Source of the DNA: Somniosus microcephalus
Lineage: Eukaryota
DNA length: 64,000 nucleotides
Assembly (NCBI GenBank): GCA_052327205.1
Contig: CM126215.1
Span: 70,122,001-70,186,000 of the forward strand
Direction of reading: 5' to 3'
Part shown: positions 25,214 to 37,909 of the stretch, in pieces
How the letters are laid out: each line of letters opens with the position of its first letter
How positions within the stretch are numbered: the first letter of the stretch is position 1
Translations under genes and position numbers: made by a program
The notes under the pieces: generated by a model
What the model was told of the DNA's origin: nothing
Database searches by the model: none
Seen by the model: the letters and a program-made list of their open reading frames with translations, nothing else

Positions 25214-25909
25214 TTTTCCTGATTGTACTTCCTGTAGGGGGTTGCTGGATAGCAGTGTCTCAACTGATAGCTGTGTTGCCTGCCACAATTGAATCGCCTG
25301 TTAATCTATTTAAGCTCAGAAATGAAAAGTGGACCTGGTTGAGATATTGAAGAGCTGCCATCACCCGTGAAATTGTACACCAGCAAAAGATAGCTCCTTC
25401 GGTGGGGAGGAGAACGCTCTGTTAATGCAGCAGATTGGCCAGCTTAATTTTATTTCCTGCTGCATGTAAATGGCACCATGGCTGCCAATTCAATTAAAAA
25501 AATGGCATTAAAATCAATGTGAGAAAAATACCTGGTGTCATCTGACTGAAGTGTAGAGAAAGAGGCTTGAAAATGCCTTTATAATTTAGACGATCGCTAG
25601 CAGATGAGATTGAGATTTTTTTTTAAATTAAATAGTTAGGATGGAATTTTTAGGCACATCAGAACCAAGTTGCATTGTACCTCGAATATTGATTGTTCCT
25701 CCCTTCTTTAAAATTATGGTTTTATTAAAAAGGGAGATCAAGTAACCAAGGAAACATCTATCATGTCCGTATTGCATTTACATATTAAACCTTGAAGAGT
25801 TTAATCTTTAAACTGAACTTGTCATTACCAATCAGTTGCGTAAATCATATTGCTGGAGTTTATAGGCTTTCGTTTCATACTGTACTGAGGCCCAATAAGT
25901 CTTTATTCT

Positions 25910-26234
25910 GATAGCAAAATACTGTAGATGCTGGAAATCCGAAATAACAACAGAAAATGCTGGAAAAACTCAGCAGGCCAGGCAACATCTGTGGAGAGAG
26001 AAATAGAGTCAACGTTTCAGGTTGAAACTCTTCGTCAGGACTGAAAAAGCACAGGAAATGAAACAGATTAAAAGGCCAGTTTGAGGGCTGGGAAATGGGG
26101 ATGAAAGAACAAAAGAGAAGTGAAGAGACATTAAGAGGTATTCAAAACGAGACGAGATGGTGATGGGACTAGTAAAGAGATAAAAGACGGCTCTAGATTA
26201 GGTGTGAAATGCGCTGGCAGAATGAGAGACAGCT
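25910..26234 (-). mobile_element. Older Penelope 3'-end fragment with tail and hammerhead (26007-26042)
   Basis: Homologous to 16800-17095; minus strand AGTC-CTGACGA-..-GAAA-CG-TT-GACT; TSD GTCTTTATTCT (25899 / 26235). Confidence 0.8.
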
Positions 26235-26245
26235 GTCTTTATTCT

Positions 26246-26398
26246 AAATAACAACAGAAAATGCTGGAAAAACTCAGCAAGTCAGGCAACATCCGTGGAG
26301 AGAAATTTCTCTCCACGGATGTTGCCTGACTTGCTGAGTTTTTCCAGCATTTTCTGTTGTTATTTCGGATTTCCAACATCTGCAGTATTTTGCTATCG
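26246..26398. mobile_element. Miniature palindromic Penelope insertion (perfect 120-bp palindrome + 33-nt tail)
   Basis: 26246-26305 is the exact reverse complement of 26306-26365; tail identical to 17063-17095; TSD TGTCTTTATTCT(A). Confidence 0.9.
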
Positions 26399-26740
26399 TA
26401 CTTGTCTTTATTCTAGTTCTGTCTGGTGGCCATAGTAATGACTTGTGGAAATGTAATTGGGGAAAAGAAATTGAGACAAATAGGAAGATGCTGGAAACAC
26501 AGGTCAGTTGGATTCTAAAGACAGAAAAAGACCAGAAATCCTTTGGCCAGTGTTAGCCTGCCTTTTTCTCTCTCTACAGATCCATGTCATCCGCCGTCTT
26601 TAACAGTATTTTCTGTTTCTGTAATTAAATGTGATCTGTTTTTAGATGCTCCCATTAAGGCACAGAATAAATACAGGCATGTTTGACTAAGTTCAGGGTT
26701 ATATTTTAATGTAACAGAATTCTTTGGGTTGTGATTGCAG

Positions 26741-26879
26741 ATGTGGACAGGCTGTGCTAGGTGCTAATGCTCTGAAAGGGCGTCACCTGTTGACTCTCAA
26801 AGATTTTAATGGTGAAGAAATAAAGCAACTATTGTGGACAGCAGCTGATCTGAAAATGAGAATAAAACAGAAAGGAGAG
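26741..26879 (+). CDS. OTC: OTC coding exon 2
   Basis: TTGCAG|A..GAG|GTAAAT, 139 nt; [46 protein letters not shown] vs human [36 protein letters not shown]. Confidence 0.97.
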
Positions 26880-27627
26880 GTAAATGGCAGGATAATAGCA
26901 TCACTGATACTACAAATTCCTTTGATGTATAGATTCACTAAGGTCTCCTGTTCTTTTGAGTGGTTTCCTCTCTGTTTTTCTTTCCAGTGATGCCATCTAG
27001 CCAGGCTATGGTACAAAGTTGAGTGTGGTAGGTGCTGTTCCATGATTGGTCAGCCATCTATTCTGAATTGGGTTTTAATCTACTCTCCACTAGGAAGAGC
27101 AACATGCATCATTCCATCCATCTTCTTGGTCTGGTCAAGAACAATAAGTTCAAGTGAGAGAAAGCCCATCCACTTGAATTGTGACTTGGCTTGGGAGACC
27201 TGCACGTGATACCTTGAGCTCTAGGAAAAGCTGCCCTCATAAATGAAAACACTTTCCCCTGCCCACTCTTGTATAATTCAACACAGAGGTCAGAACTCCA
27301 AAATCTTAGCTGAAGCAATTTAGATTTAACTATATATGGATTCTTCCAACCTTGGGCACCACTAGTACCTGTTCCAGGTGAGTTCAGTGACAGACACTGT
27401 GACAGATAACTCCTAAAGCTCATATAAAACTGATTTGAAAGTAAAGTTTGAGTTGGGATTCCTCTCTTGCTTTTCACCATTTCTCTAGGAATTTTGAGGC
27501 CTCCCAAGTCCAGCAAAATACAATGTATTGCCAATATTTGCTGATGTTTCTGGTATGGAGATGTTGTGGCTGTAGTAAAAGCATCTAATCATATTTTGCT
27601 TTTGTTCCCCTTTGTGGATTATAACAG

Positions 27628-27709
27628 ATACTCCCTTTGCTTCAAGGGAAATCCATTGCCATGATATTTGAAAAAAGAAGCACCAGAACAAGAATATCTA
27701 CAGAAACAG
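27628..27709 (+). CDS. OTC: OTC coding exon 3 (carbamoyl-phosphate-binding STRT motif)
   Basis: AACAG|ATA..ACAG|GTGAG, 82 nt; [27 protein letters not shown](G). Confidence 0.97.
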
Positions 27710-30070
27710 GTGAGAGATTCCTCTCCAAAAAAAAAAGGTGGTGACCATTTTTAGAGGGACTGTATGCATATTTTACAGCAGATCTTTCTAGTTGCACAAT
27801 GGCGATTTTTTTTTTTTTTTTTTTTTTTTTTTCCCCCCCCCCCCCCCCCAAGTTAAGAAATACTTAGGTGAAGGTCCATAATCCAGACACCAACAGTGAG
27901 TAGAAAGAGTACCTCCCTAAATACAACGATTCAAGTAAAATTAATGTCTTTAACATAAATGAAATGGAAGTTTGAGACTGAATAATAAAACTCAAAATAA
28001 AATAAATCTTGAGGTTGAGTGGTATTTATTCCCAAGTACTAAGAGAGATAAAGTCTGAGATTTGTGAAGCAAATGTTATGAGGAAGTCAATGAACACTGG
28101 ACGGTACAAGTAGATTGGGAACAGGCTAACATGGTACCCTTTTTAAAAAGGATGACAAACCAGGATGACACTACACACCCATTGTTGAGAATTCCTCGCT
28201 TAAAGCATTATGGACTCCGAGTAAAACCTGGCAATGAATCAGAAATTTGTTGAAGGACGGGAAGCAGTGGGTACTTGGTTAGAGGAGTTGCATCAAAGTT
28301 GGGGCAACTACAGAGTTGGGTACCCAGAAGGACTGCTACTATTTTTAGATAATACCAAACTAGATAGGGTAGTTGAATCTGAGGAGACAGCTCAGGAACT
28401 ACAAAATATGTAAATGTGAAAATCAATAGCAGATAAACATAATTACAGATGTATGTAAATTACTACACATAGGGAAAGATGGCTGATATGAGGACTTCTA
28501 GAATTGTGTTGATCCATGAATTATGTCAAAATATGAAGTTACAAGAGATTGCGATTTTAGTAGACGACTTCTTCTGTCCTGAAGGTATTGACTGCTTGCT
28601 GAGGTATGGTTCTTTTAGGCGCTAGCTGCCCTCTGTTCCCAAGTAACCATTATTCATATGTGGCCCTTGTTGGCAGGCTATACAACTGTGATGGTCACTT
28701 GACATCCAGACATGCACATTTTGCAGCAGAATAATTTTCAGAAGCAGGAAACATGGCTGAATTTTTTTCCCCTCCCTAACCCTAGGGCCTCGCAGCTAAT
28801 CGTGGCAATGCTACCACTGCCCTACCTGATACCCACTAACTCAGCATAGGCCAGGGATTGAACCTGGGAATTTTTTGATTTATATGGCTCTGATAAAAAC
28901 AGTCAGAATTCAGGCAATATTTTTGTAATCTTTGTAAATTTATTTTAGCAACACAATGTAGTGCATATAAAATGTTCTGTTCATTTCCACCTGCTATCCC
29001 TCTGCACGTGAACTCACAAAATTGGCTACTCAGCCATTTAGCTCACCACCATTCAGGGTCATGAAGGGACTGCAGCAAGTACATCAATTTTTTACTTGAG
29101 TTGCTCTCTTGACCTTATTTCTTCTAAAATGCTGACCACCCAACTTCCCTTCAGGCCCCCATGCTAGCTCATCTTGTTAATGGTTCCCTCTCTTCTGGTA
29201 CAGCCCACCCCCCATCCCCTCCCCGTCAAGTATCTGTCATCACCCCCTTCCTCAAAAAAATGACCTTGGCCCCTCCGTCCTTGCAAACTACCTCCCCATC
29301 TCCAACCTCCTTTTCCTCTCCAGTCCTTGAACGTGTTCTCACCTCCCAAATCCTTTCCCGTAACTCCATGTTTGAACCTCTTCAATCTGGTTTCCGGCTA
29401 TGCCACAGCACTGAAATGGCCCTTATCAAAGCCAGAAATTACATCCTACGTGACTGTGACCATGGTAAACTATCCATTGACACGTTTGACCACACTCTCC
29501 TTCAATACCTCTCCTCCGTAGTCCAGCTGGGTGGGACTGCTCATGCCTGGATCCATTCTTATCTGTCCAGTCATATCCAGAGAATCACCTTCAATGCCTT
29601 CTCTTGCTGCTCCCGTACCATTACCTCTGGAGTCCCCCAAGGATCTATCCTTGGCCCCCTCCCATTTCTCATCTATATACTGTCCCTCAGCGACGTTCTC
29701 TGAAAACACGTCAGTATCCGCATGTCTGCTGGCAACACCTAGCTCTACCTCACAACCAGCTCTCTCAACCCCTCCACTGTCTCTGATTTGTCACACTGCT
29801 TAGCCGACATCCAGTATTGGATGAGCAGAAATTTACATCAATTAAATATTGGGAAAGACCAAAGCCATTGGTTCTGATATTTGCGGGGGAAACCCCCTAT
29901 GGCAGGATCTCATTATAACTTTTTTCTTCCATTTCTGGCCCGGCAGCCGACCAAATTGACAGGCTGGACAGCTGCCCTTGGGAATGGTCCTTGGCAATCA
30001 CGATCACTGGGCAGGCTGCAGATCGAAGCTGGAGCAGGGAAGGATGTCTATTGCGGCCGGGGATAGAAAG

Positions 30071-30226
30071 CAATGTTCCCTCTAAGCTGTGTGGCCGCAC
30101 AGTATGGGAAAGGTCCCGCGCAATGCTTCTCCATTGTAAATACTCCGCATGCATGGAAATTTAAAGGGACCGCTCACTAAAAGAAGCAGGCCACGCAGAA
30201 TAAAGCCCCGCTTACAAGGAACGTTG
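30071..30226. mobile_element. Small hAT-like MITE
   Basis: Ends CAATGTTCCCT / AAGGAACGTTG; degenerate 8-bp flanks ATAGAAAG / CTAGAGAG. Confidence 0.5.
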
Positions 30227-31019
30227 CTAGAGAGGGGCCGCAATCGGCAGAAGGGAGGCCAAAGGCTTCCTTGAGGGGTCTAGGGGGAGCACACCTGCTC
30301 CTCCTGGCCCACTAGTAGTGCTATAAAAAGCACTTGCCTTCTGGAGCCAGCACAATATTGAGGCCATTGTCTTCGGTCCCCGCCACAAACTCCGTTCCCT
30401 CGCCACCGATTCCATCTCCCTCCCTGGCCACTGTTTGAGGCTGAACTAGATTGTTGACATTGGTGCCCTACATGACCCTGAACTGAATTTCCAACCCTAT
30501 ATCCTCTCCATCACCAAGACCGCCTACTTCCACCTCTGTAATATTGCTCGTCTCCACCACTGCCTCAGTGCATCTGCTGCTGAAACCCTCATTCGTGCTT
30601 TTGTTACCTCCAGACTCTACTATTCCAATGCTCTACTGGCTGGCCTCCCATCTTCCACTCTCTGTAAACTTCAACTCATCCAAAACTCTGCTGCTCGCAT
30701 CCTAACTCGCACCAAGTCCCGTTCACCCATCACCCCTGTGCTCGCTGACCTACATTGGCTCCCGGTCCAGCAACACCTCAACTTTAAAATTCTCATCCTT
30801 GTACTCCAATCCCTCCATGGCCTCTCCCCTCCATATCTCTGTGATCTGCTGCAGCCCTACACCCCTCTGAGAACTCTGCATTCCTCCAATTCTGGCTTCT
30901 TGTGCATCTTTGATTTCTTTCACCCGTGCCTTCAGTTGTCTAGGCCCTAAGCTCTGGAATTCCCTCTCTACACCTCTCTCCTCCTTTAAGACACTCCTTA
31001 AAACCTTCCTCTTTGACCA

Positions 31020-31500
31020 GGAACGGTAGCATAGTGGTTATGTTACTGGACTAGTAACCAGAGGCCTGGACTAATAATCCAGAGACGTGAGTTCATAATC
31101 CCACCACAGGCAGCTGGGGAATTTAAATTCAGTTAATTAAATAAATCTGGAATAAAAAGCTAGTATCAGTAATGGTGACCATGAAACTATCAGATTGTCA
31201 TAACAACCCATCTGGTTCACTAATGTCCTTTTAGGGAAGGAAATCTGCCACCCTTACCTGGTCTGGCCTATATGTGACTCCAGACCCACAGTAATGTGGT
31301 TGACTCTTAATTGCACTCTGAAATGGCCTAGCAAGCCACTCAGTTGTAACAAACTGCTACGAAAAGCACCACATGGACTGCAGCAATTCAAGAAGGCAGC
31401 TCACCACCACCACCTTCTCAAGGGCAATTGGGGATGGGCAATAAATGCTGGCCTTGCAAGCGATGCCCACATCCCATGAACGAATATTTAAAAAAAAAAA
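31020..31500 (+). mobile_element. tRNA-derived SINE sharing its 3' tail with the 7832-9022 LINE family
   Basis: A box TAGCATAGTGG, degenerate B box GAGTTCATAATCCC, central CTGGTTCACTAATGTCC..GGAAGGAAATCTGCC, tail AAGGGCAATT..GATGCCCACATCCCATG + poly(A). Confidence 0.8.
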
Positions 31501-32276
31501 GCTTGGTCATCTGTCCTGATATCTCCTGTGAAATGCCTTGGGACGTTCTACTATGTTAAACGGATTATATAAATGCAAATCATTTTTGTTGCTGTAGTTT
31601 AACATTATTGTGAGTGAAAGTGCTTGTAAGTATCTTGGGAGGTTCTAGCAAGAACTTGACCTCGGGGATTTCAATCCATCCCTGTTGAAACAAGCTGCTT
31701 ATGGTGTACAAGCACTTTGGAGATGCTGCTTAACAGTACTCTTCATCTGATAAATTCCTGAACTGGTGGATGGTCACCAGTCGGGACACTAAAATACATT
31801 TTTAGGACTCAAATTACAAAAACAGCAGTGCAGCAGCATTCCTGGGGGTGTATTATAACAGAATTGCTAGACTGACTCTTTATTACCACTCTGTAATGGC
31901 ACAATGCTAAAGACTTCAAAACTACCTTCATATACTGGGAAAACAATATGTAATGCACCCAACAGTCAAAACCAATTTTTAGAAGCAAGTGTTTTGTTTT
32001 CAATTTTCTCCCCACCTCTCCTGAAGGTGATGATTAAATCCTGTGCTAGGTTACGATTTCCATGGAGCTTTCTGGTATCTCACCAAAAGTGGTCACCTTC
32101 ATGTGTGAACCTACAGAGTGCTGGTAGGCTACTCATCTAGAGGGGAGATCATAGCTGAACCCAACCCTGTCCTCTCCTTGTGGCAGTGAAATTCCTCTTT
32201 TAATGGAAAATAAGAGATTATTTGTTTTTCCTCTAAATTAATGACCCACTAATAACATCACATTCTTAAAAATATT

Positions 32277-32985
32277 GGGCCAGATTTTGCTGTAAAAATA
32301 ACGCGAGGCTAATGGCGCTCATCGTTCTTTCTACGTAAATGGTACAGCAACTTCAGAAGAGGAGCTGATGCAAGGTTAAATGCGCATCCAAATGTTGCTG
32401 TCTGAGATGCGTTGCTCCGCTTTTCGCTTCGTGAAAACGGCATCTCGCTGGCTGCCTCACCTTGACATGCATTGAATGTCTTGAAGTTGCTGTATTTGTA
32501 CGGTAGATTCGAACTAAGCTCGCCACAAAGTTAAGTCTTCTCATTACAAGCACAAGTATGCTTTTAACTACGTGATAATTGTTAATTACTGCCATTCAAC
32601 CTCTTTGCCACTGAAAATTAACTATTACAAGTGTGGAGCCTCATTCCACACTTTAATTGTTGTTAGATTTTTAAAAAATAATTTGACATTTAAAAACGTT
32701 TCTGTCTCTTTCTCGTTCCAATTTTGCTTTCCCTCTCTTTCACTTTCTGTACCTGATTTGACATTGAATTCACCCACTCTATCCTTCCACTGTTTAGTTC
32801 TCAATCCTTCAATCTGATTGGTTAAGGAGATACACAGTTGCTTGACCTGTTCACTCGGGTCCCAGATGCCCTGTTTCCCTCAGCTCGCACTTTTAGAAAC
32901 TTAGTGGACAAAAATATTTTGAGCTGAAAAGTGCAGGGGCAAGTCTAACTAACGGGAGAGGCCCAGCTACAGCAAAACCTGGCCC
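32277..32985. mobile_element. Harbinger-like MITE, ATT TSD
   Basis: TIR GGGCCAG(A/G)TTTTGCTGTA; ATT on both sides. Confidence 0.8.
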
Positions 32986-33968
32986 ATTATGTTTTAAAGA
33001 TACATTTTTCTGTAATTTCACCAATCATTATTTGCAGAGGTAAACAAGTATTCTCCCATTTTTTTTTTGTTGGGAGCTCAACTGATGTTTGGGCAGAGAT
33101 CCACCTTACAGAGGAGTCAGGAGTGGGACGCCTGCGAGCTTGTTCTCCTTCATAACCCAAAAGTAAGACCAGCTGTAATGTCCAAAAGTTATTCTGCTCA
33201 GAGCAGCTAATTCAGCACAAACCAGTTATCAACCCTGCAATTCTGAGTAAGCAATGGGGCAATTCCGAGGGGAAAAACACCTTGGAGCACTGAAAGGCCA
33301 CCATAGCTGAAAAATAAGCAGAAAATAACTTGCATTCATCTGAAATTTAATGCCTTAGAAAGGAGCAGTGAAAAAAAATCTGCCCATGGATAAAATTTAC
33401 CCTTATCAAACTTATTTTTTTTACTGGAATCCTCTTAATAATTATTCATACCTTCCCCCGCCCTTACAAAGCCTCCAATATGCATGGTTTTACCATTTTT
33501 TCCTTGTTCTACAAGTAGCTCAGCTGACAACTTAAAAAAAAAAAAAAATTGTGTTACTGCATCAGCACAACAAAACTGCAGATTTCTGGAACCTGCAGAT
33601 CTATCAGTTGTGCTAAGATGGGCCTTTCTTTAAAAGCACTAACACACACGCAGTCCCCGAATGAAAGAACTTTCATATCAAGCCGGTCTTCGATATGTAA
33701 TTATCTGGTTACTGATTACTAACATTTTAAAAGCAGCGCCAAAAAAAAAATAGAAACCTTACAACATTATTTGTCTTTCACAAAGGTAACTGACTCTCTG
33801 AGCAAACAATTAATCAATTACTTTCTTATCGTGTAGTAAGTGAGCAATAGAATGACAAACACTTGCAGCATAATAAATGTAAAGACACAAACAATTCACA
33901 AGTTGCAGCAAAACTCCCAAATTGTGTTTTTTAGATTAGTTGAAGTACAGATATTTTAAAATGTATCT

Positions 33969-36730
33969 CATAGAAGTTTATGGCACAGAAGGAGGCCATT
34001 TGGCCCATCGTGTCTCTGATGGCCGAAATCCCACTTTCCAGCTCATGGTCCGTAGCCTTGTAGGTTACGGCTCTTCAAGTGCATATCCAAGTACTTTTCA
34101 AATGTGATGATCATTTCTGCCTCTACCACCCTTTCAGGCAGTGAGTTCCAGACCCCCATCACCCTCTGGGTGAAAAAGATTCTCCTCAGATCCCCTCTAA
34201 TCCTTCTACCAATTACTTTAAATCTATGCCCCCTGGTTATTGACCTCTCTGCTAAGGGAAATAGATCCTTCCTATCCACTCTATCTTCCTCTCATAATTT
34301 TATACAGCTCAATTAAATCTTCCCTCTCCTTTGTTCTAAAGAAAACAACCCCAGCCTATCCAATCTTTCCTCATGGCTAAAATTCTCCAATCCTGGCAAC
34401 ATCCTCGTAAATCTCCTCTGTACCCTTTCTAGTGCAATCACATCTTTCCTGTAATGTGGTGACCAGAACTGTACGCAGTACTCTAGCTGTGGCCTAACTA
34501 GTGTTTTATACAGTTCTAACATAACCTCCCATCTCTTATATTCTATGCCTTCTTAACCGCCTTATCTAACTGCCCTGCTACCTTCAGGGATCTGTGGACA
34601 TGCGCTCCAAGGTCCCTCTGTTCCTCTACACTACTCAGTCTCCAACCATTTACAGGAAACTTTGTGCTATCCGACACCCACAGGACCGAGCTGCTGCCGT
34701 TGCCTCAAAACTGCCGTACTCTCCAGAGTTAATGTTGAGAGATACGGAGATTCTTATCTCCGTATTTGACAACAAACACTGTTGCTTAGCAACAGCTTCT
34801 AAACACTCAGGTGTGGCCTGCAAGCTCTGTATATGAAGCTGTTGCTATAGCTACAGACCTTGCACAGCTTGACTGTTCAAACAAAGCAAAAAAAAACAAA
34901 CAAAAAGAATAAAAAACGGCTGCTGATTTTTGCCGGTGGCTCCAGATTGCTGGATAGCTCACCTCCGGATAGCACAAAGTTTCCTGTATCGTGTATTCCC
35001 TCCCCAAATGCATTACCTCACACTTCTCCGGATTGAATTCCATTTGCTACTTTTCTGCCCACCTGACTAGTCCATTGATATCTTCCTGTAGTCTACAGCT
35101 TTCTTCCTCACTATCAACCACACGGACAATTTTTCTATTATCTGCAAACTTCTTAATCATGCCCCCAACATTGAAGTATAAATCGCTGATATATATCACA
35201 AAAAGCAAGGGACCTATTACAGTACTGAGCCCTGCGGAACCCCACTGGAAACCGCCTTCCATTCACAAAAATATCAGTCGACCATACCCTTTGCTTCCTG
35301 CCACTGAGCCAATTTTGAATCCAACTTGCCACTTTCCCTTGGATCCCATGGCTTTTACTTTTCTGACCAGTCTGCCATGTGGGACCTTGTCAAAAGCTTT
35401 GCTAAAATCCCTGTAAGACTACATCAAACACACTACCCTCATCGAACCTCCTAGTTACCTCTGCAAAAAATTCAATCAAGTTCATCAGACATGACCTTCC
35501 CTTAACTAATCTTTGCTGACTGTCCTTGATTAATCCATACCTTTCTCCATGACGTCTTCCTAAATGACGATTAATACTGTCCCTCACAATTTTTTCCAGT
35601 AATGTGCCCACCACCGAGGTTAGGCTGACTAGCCTGTAATTACTCAGTCTATCCCTTTTGCCCTTTTTAAACAATGTTAGCAGTCCTCCAGCACCACGCC
35701 TGTAGCCAGAGAGGATTGGAAAATGATGGCCAGAGCCTCCACTATTTCCTCCCTTGCTTCTCTTAATAGCTTGGGATACATTTCAGCTGGGCCTGGCGAT
35801 TATCTACTTTCAAAGATGCTAAACCCCTTAATATTTCCTGTCTTATGTTTATCTCACCTAATATTTCACAATCCTCCTCCTTAGCTACAATATCTGCATC
35901 ATGCCTCTCTTTTGTGAAGACAGACACAAAGTATTCATTAAGAACCAGACCCATGTCTTCCGCCTCCACATATAGGTTATCTTTTTGGTCTCTAATAGGC
36001 TCTACTCTTTCCTTAGTTATCCTTTTGCTCTTTATGTATTTATGAAATATCTTTGGGTTTTCCTTAATTTTACTTGCCAATATTTTTTCATGCCCTCTCT
36101 TTTTGTTTTCCTAATTTCCTTTTTAATTTCACCCTGCACTTTCTATACTCCTCTAGGTTTTCTGCAGTATTGAGCTCTCTGTATCTGACAAAAGCTTCCC
36201 TTTTTTTTTTCCTTCTCCTACCCTGTATGCCCCTTGACATCCAGGGGGCTCTAGATTTGGGAATCCCACCCTTTTTCTTTGTGGGAACATATTTGCTCTG
36301 AACCCTCACTATCTCCTCCTTGAATGCCTCCCAGTGCTCTGACACTGATTTACCTTCAAGTAGCTGTTTCCAGTCCACTTTTGCTAAATCACATCTCCAC
36401 TTAGTAAAATTGGTCTTTCTCCAACTGAGAACTTTTACTCCTGGTCTATCTTTTGGCCTTTTCCATAATTGCGCTAAATCTAACTGAATTATGATCACTA
36501 CCACCAAAATGCAGTCCCACTGATACCTCTTCCACCTGCCCAGCTTCATTCCCTAAAACTAAGTCCAGAACGGAATCCTCTCTTGTTGGGCTTGCTACGT
36601 ACTGGTTAAAAAAGTCCTCCTGAGTGCATTTTAAGAATTCTGCGCCCTCTATACCTTTTACACTGATTATATTTCTATTGTTTTTGCACTCCTCAGAAAT
36701 TTGCCTACATATTTTCTCTCTTATCTCCTA
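33969..36730 (-). mobile_element. Decayed CR1 LINE (APE to 3' UTR)
   Basis: ORF fragments [30 protein letters not shown]. Confidence 0.85.
34653..34986. mobile_element. Tc1/mariner-pogo (Tigger-like) MITE, TA TSD
   Basis: 21-bp TIR CAGGAAACTTTGTGCTATCCG flanked by TA; relative at 56505-56837. Confidence 0.85.
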
Positions 36731-36855
36731 TCCGTCATCCAAAAGTCTTGCATCTAGTGTGTGTCTGTTAGTGTTATAACTCTGAAGTTATAAGTCTGCC
36801 CATAGGCATTCATAGCAAATAAAAGGAAAAAGTCAAGCTTACAAGGGAAAAGAGA

Positions 36856-37545
36856 GAAATTGCATTCATATAAAGCCTTTCATACCCTCTGAACATTTTT
36901 ACATTTCTTGAATTATTTTTGAAGAATAGTCATTGTTATGTAGCCAAGGTGGCAGGCAATTTGTACACAAAAGTCCCACAAACAGTAATAAGATAATGAC
37001 CATTTAAGCTGTTTTTGTTTATTTTATTTGTTCCTGGGATGTGGACGTTGCCAGCATTTATTACCCATCCCTAGTTGCCCTAGAGAAGGTGGTGGTGAGC
37101 CGCCTTCTTGAACTGCTGCAGTCTGTGTGGTGAAGGTACCCCCACAGTGCTGTTAGGGAGGGAGTTCCAGGATTTTGACTCAGCGACGATGAAAGAACAG
37201 CGATGTATTTCCAAGTCAGGATGGTGTGTGACTTGGAGGGAAACGTGGAGGTGGTGGTGTTCCCATGTGCCTGCTGCTCTTGTCTTTCTAGGTGGTAGAG
37301 GTTGCAGGTTTGGGAGGTGCTGTTGATTGAAGGGTAAATGTTGGCGAGTACATCAGAACACTCCTGCCCTACTTCAAATAGTGACAAGGATCTTTTATGT
37401 GCATCTGAACAAGCAGATGGGGCCTAGCTTTAACGTCTTTCCAAAAGATGGCACTTGAGACAGTGTAGCACTCCCTCAGTACTACATTAAATTGGCAGTC
37501 TACATTAAGTGCTGGAGTGGCACTTGAACCCTCGATCTTCTGCCC
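36856..37545 (-). mobile_element. Second Deu-type SINE copy, interrupted by a LINE 3' fragment (37020-37322)
   Basis: Homologous to 884-1324. Confidence 0.7.
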
Positions 37546-37909
37546 AGCAGGCACTAAAAATTGTTTTGGAGGGATACAGTGTAAGAAGGAAAAACCTAGA
37601 TGGAGAAAGAGAGATCTGGCCAGAATCGTTACCTTGGAGTCGGGTTGCGTGCGTGTGGGCCGGGATCCCGAAGATTTGAACAGCGTGTTCTACACTGCAC
37701 ATTTAACTCAATGGCCCCAATTAAAACAGTCATGCGCATTTCCCGGCCCAATTAAATGGAGCGGGTCTGATGACATCACTGATGACTCATTTTCAGCGTG
37801 GCTATTTAAAGCAGCCTTGCCCACATCTCATTTGAAGGTTGATGTAGGAGTGCAGAAGGTGGTTTCCAGAGGTCTACGTAACACAGTAAAACTGACAAAA
37901 CTGTGGGTC

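Larger units (their letters stand above)
29100..31597 (+). mobile_element. Decayed L2 LINE (RT to 3' end) with nested insertions
   Basis: QSGFR..HSTE, GVPQGSILGP, LHWLPVQQ..FKILIL; 3' end matches 3310-3466. Confidence 0.85.

Noticed and set aside
27805-27849. Long poly-T/poly-C run after OTC exon 3
   Set aside because: Simple homopolymers of uncertain length with no supportable function.
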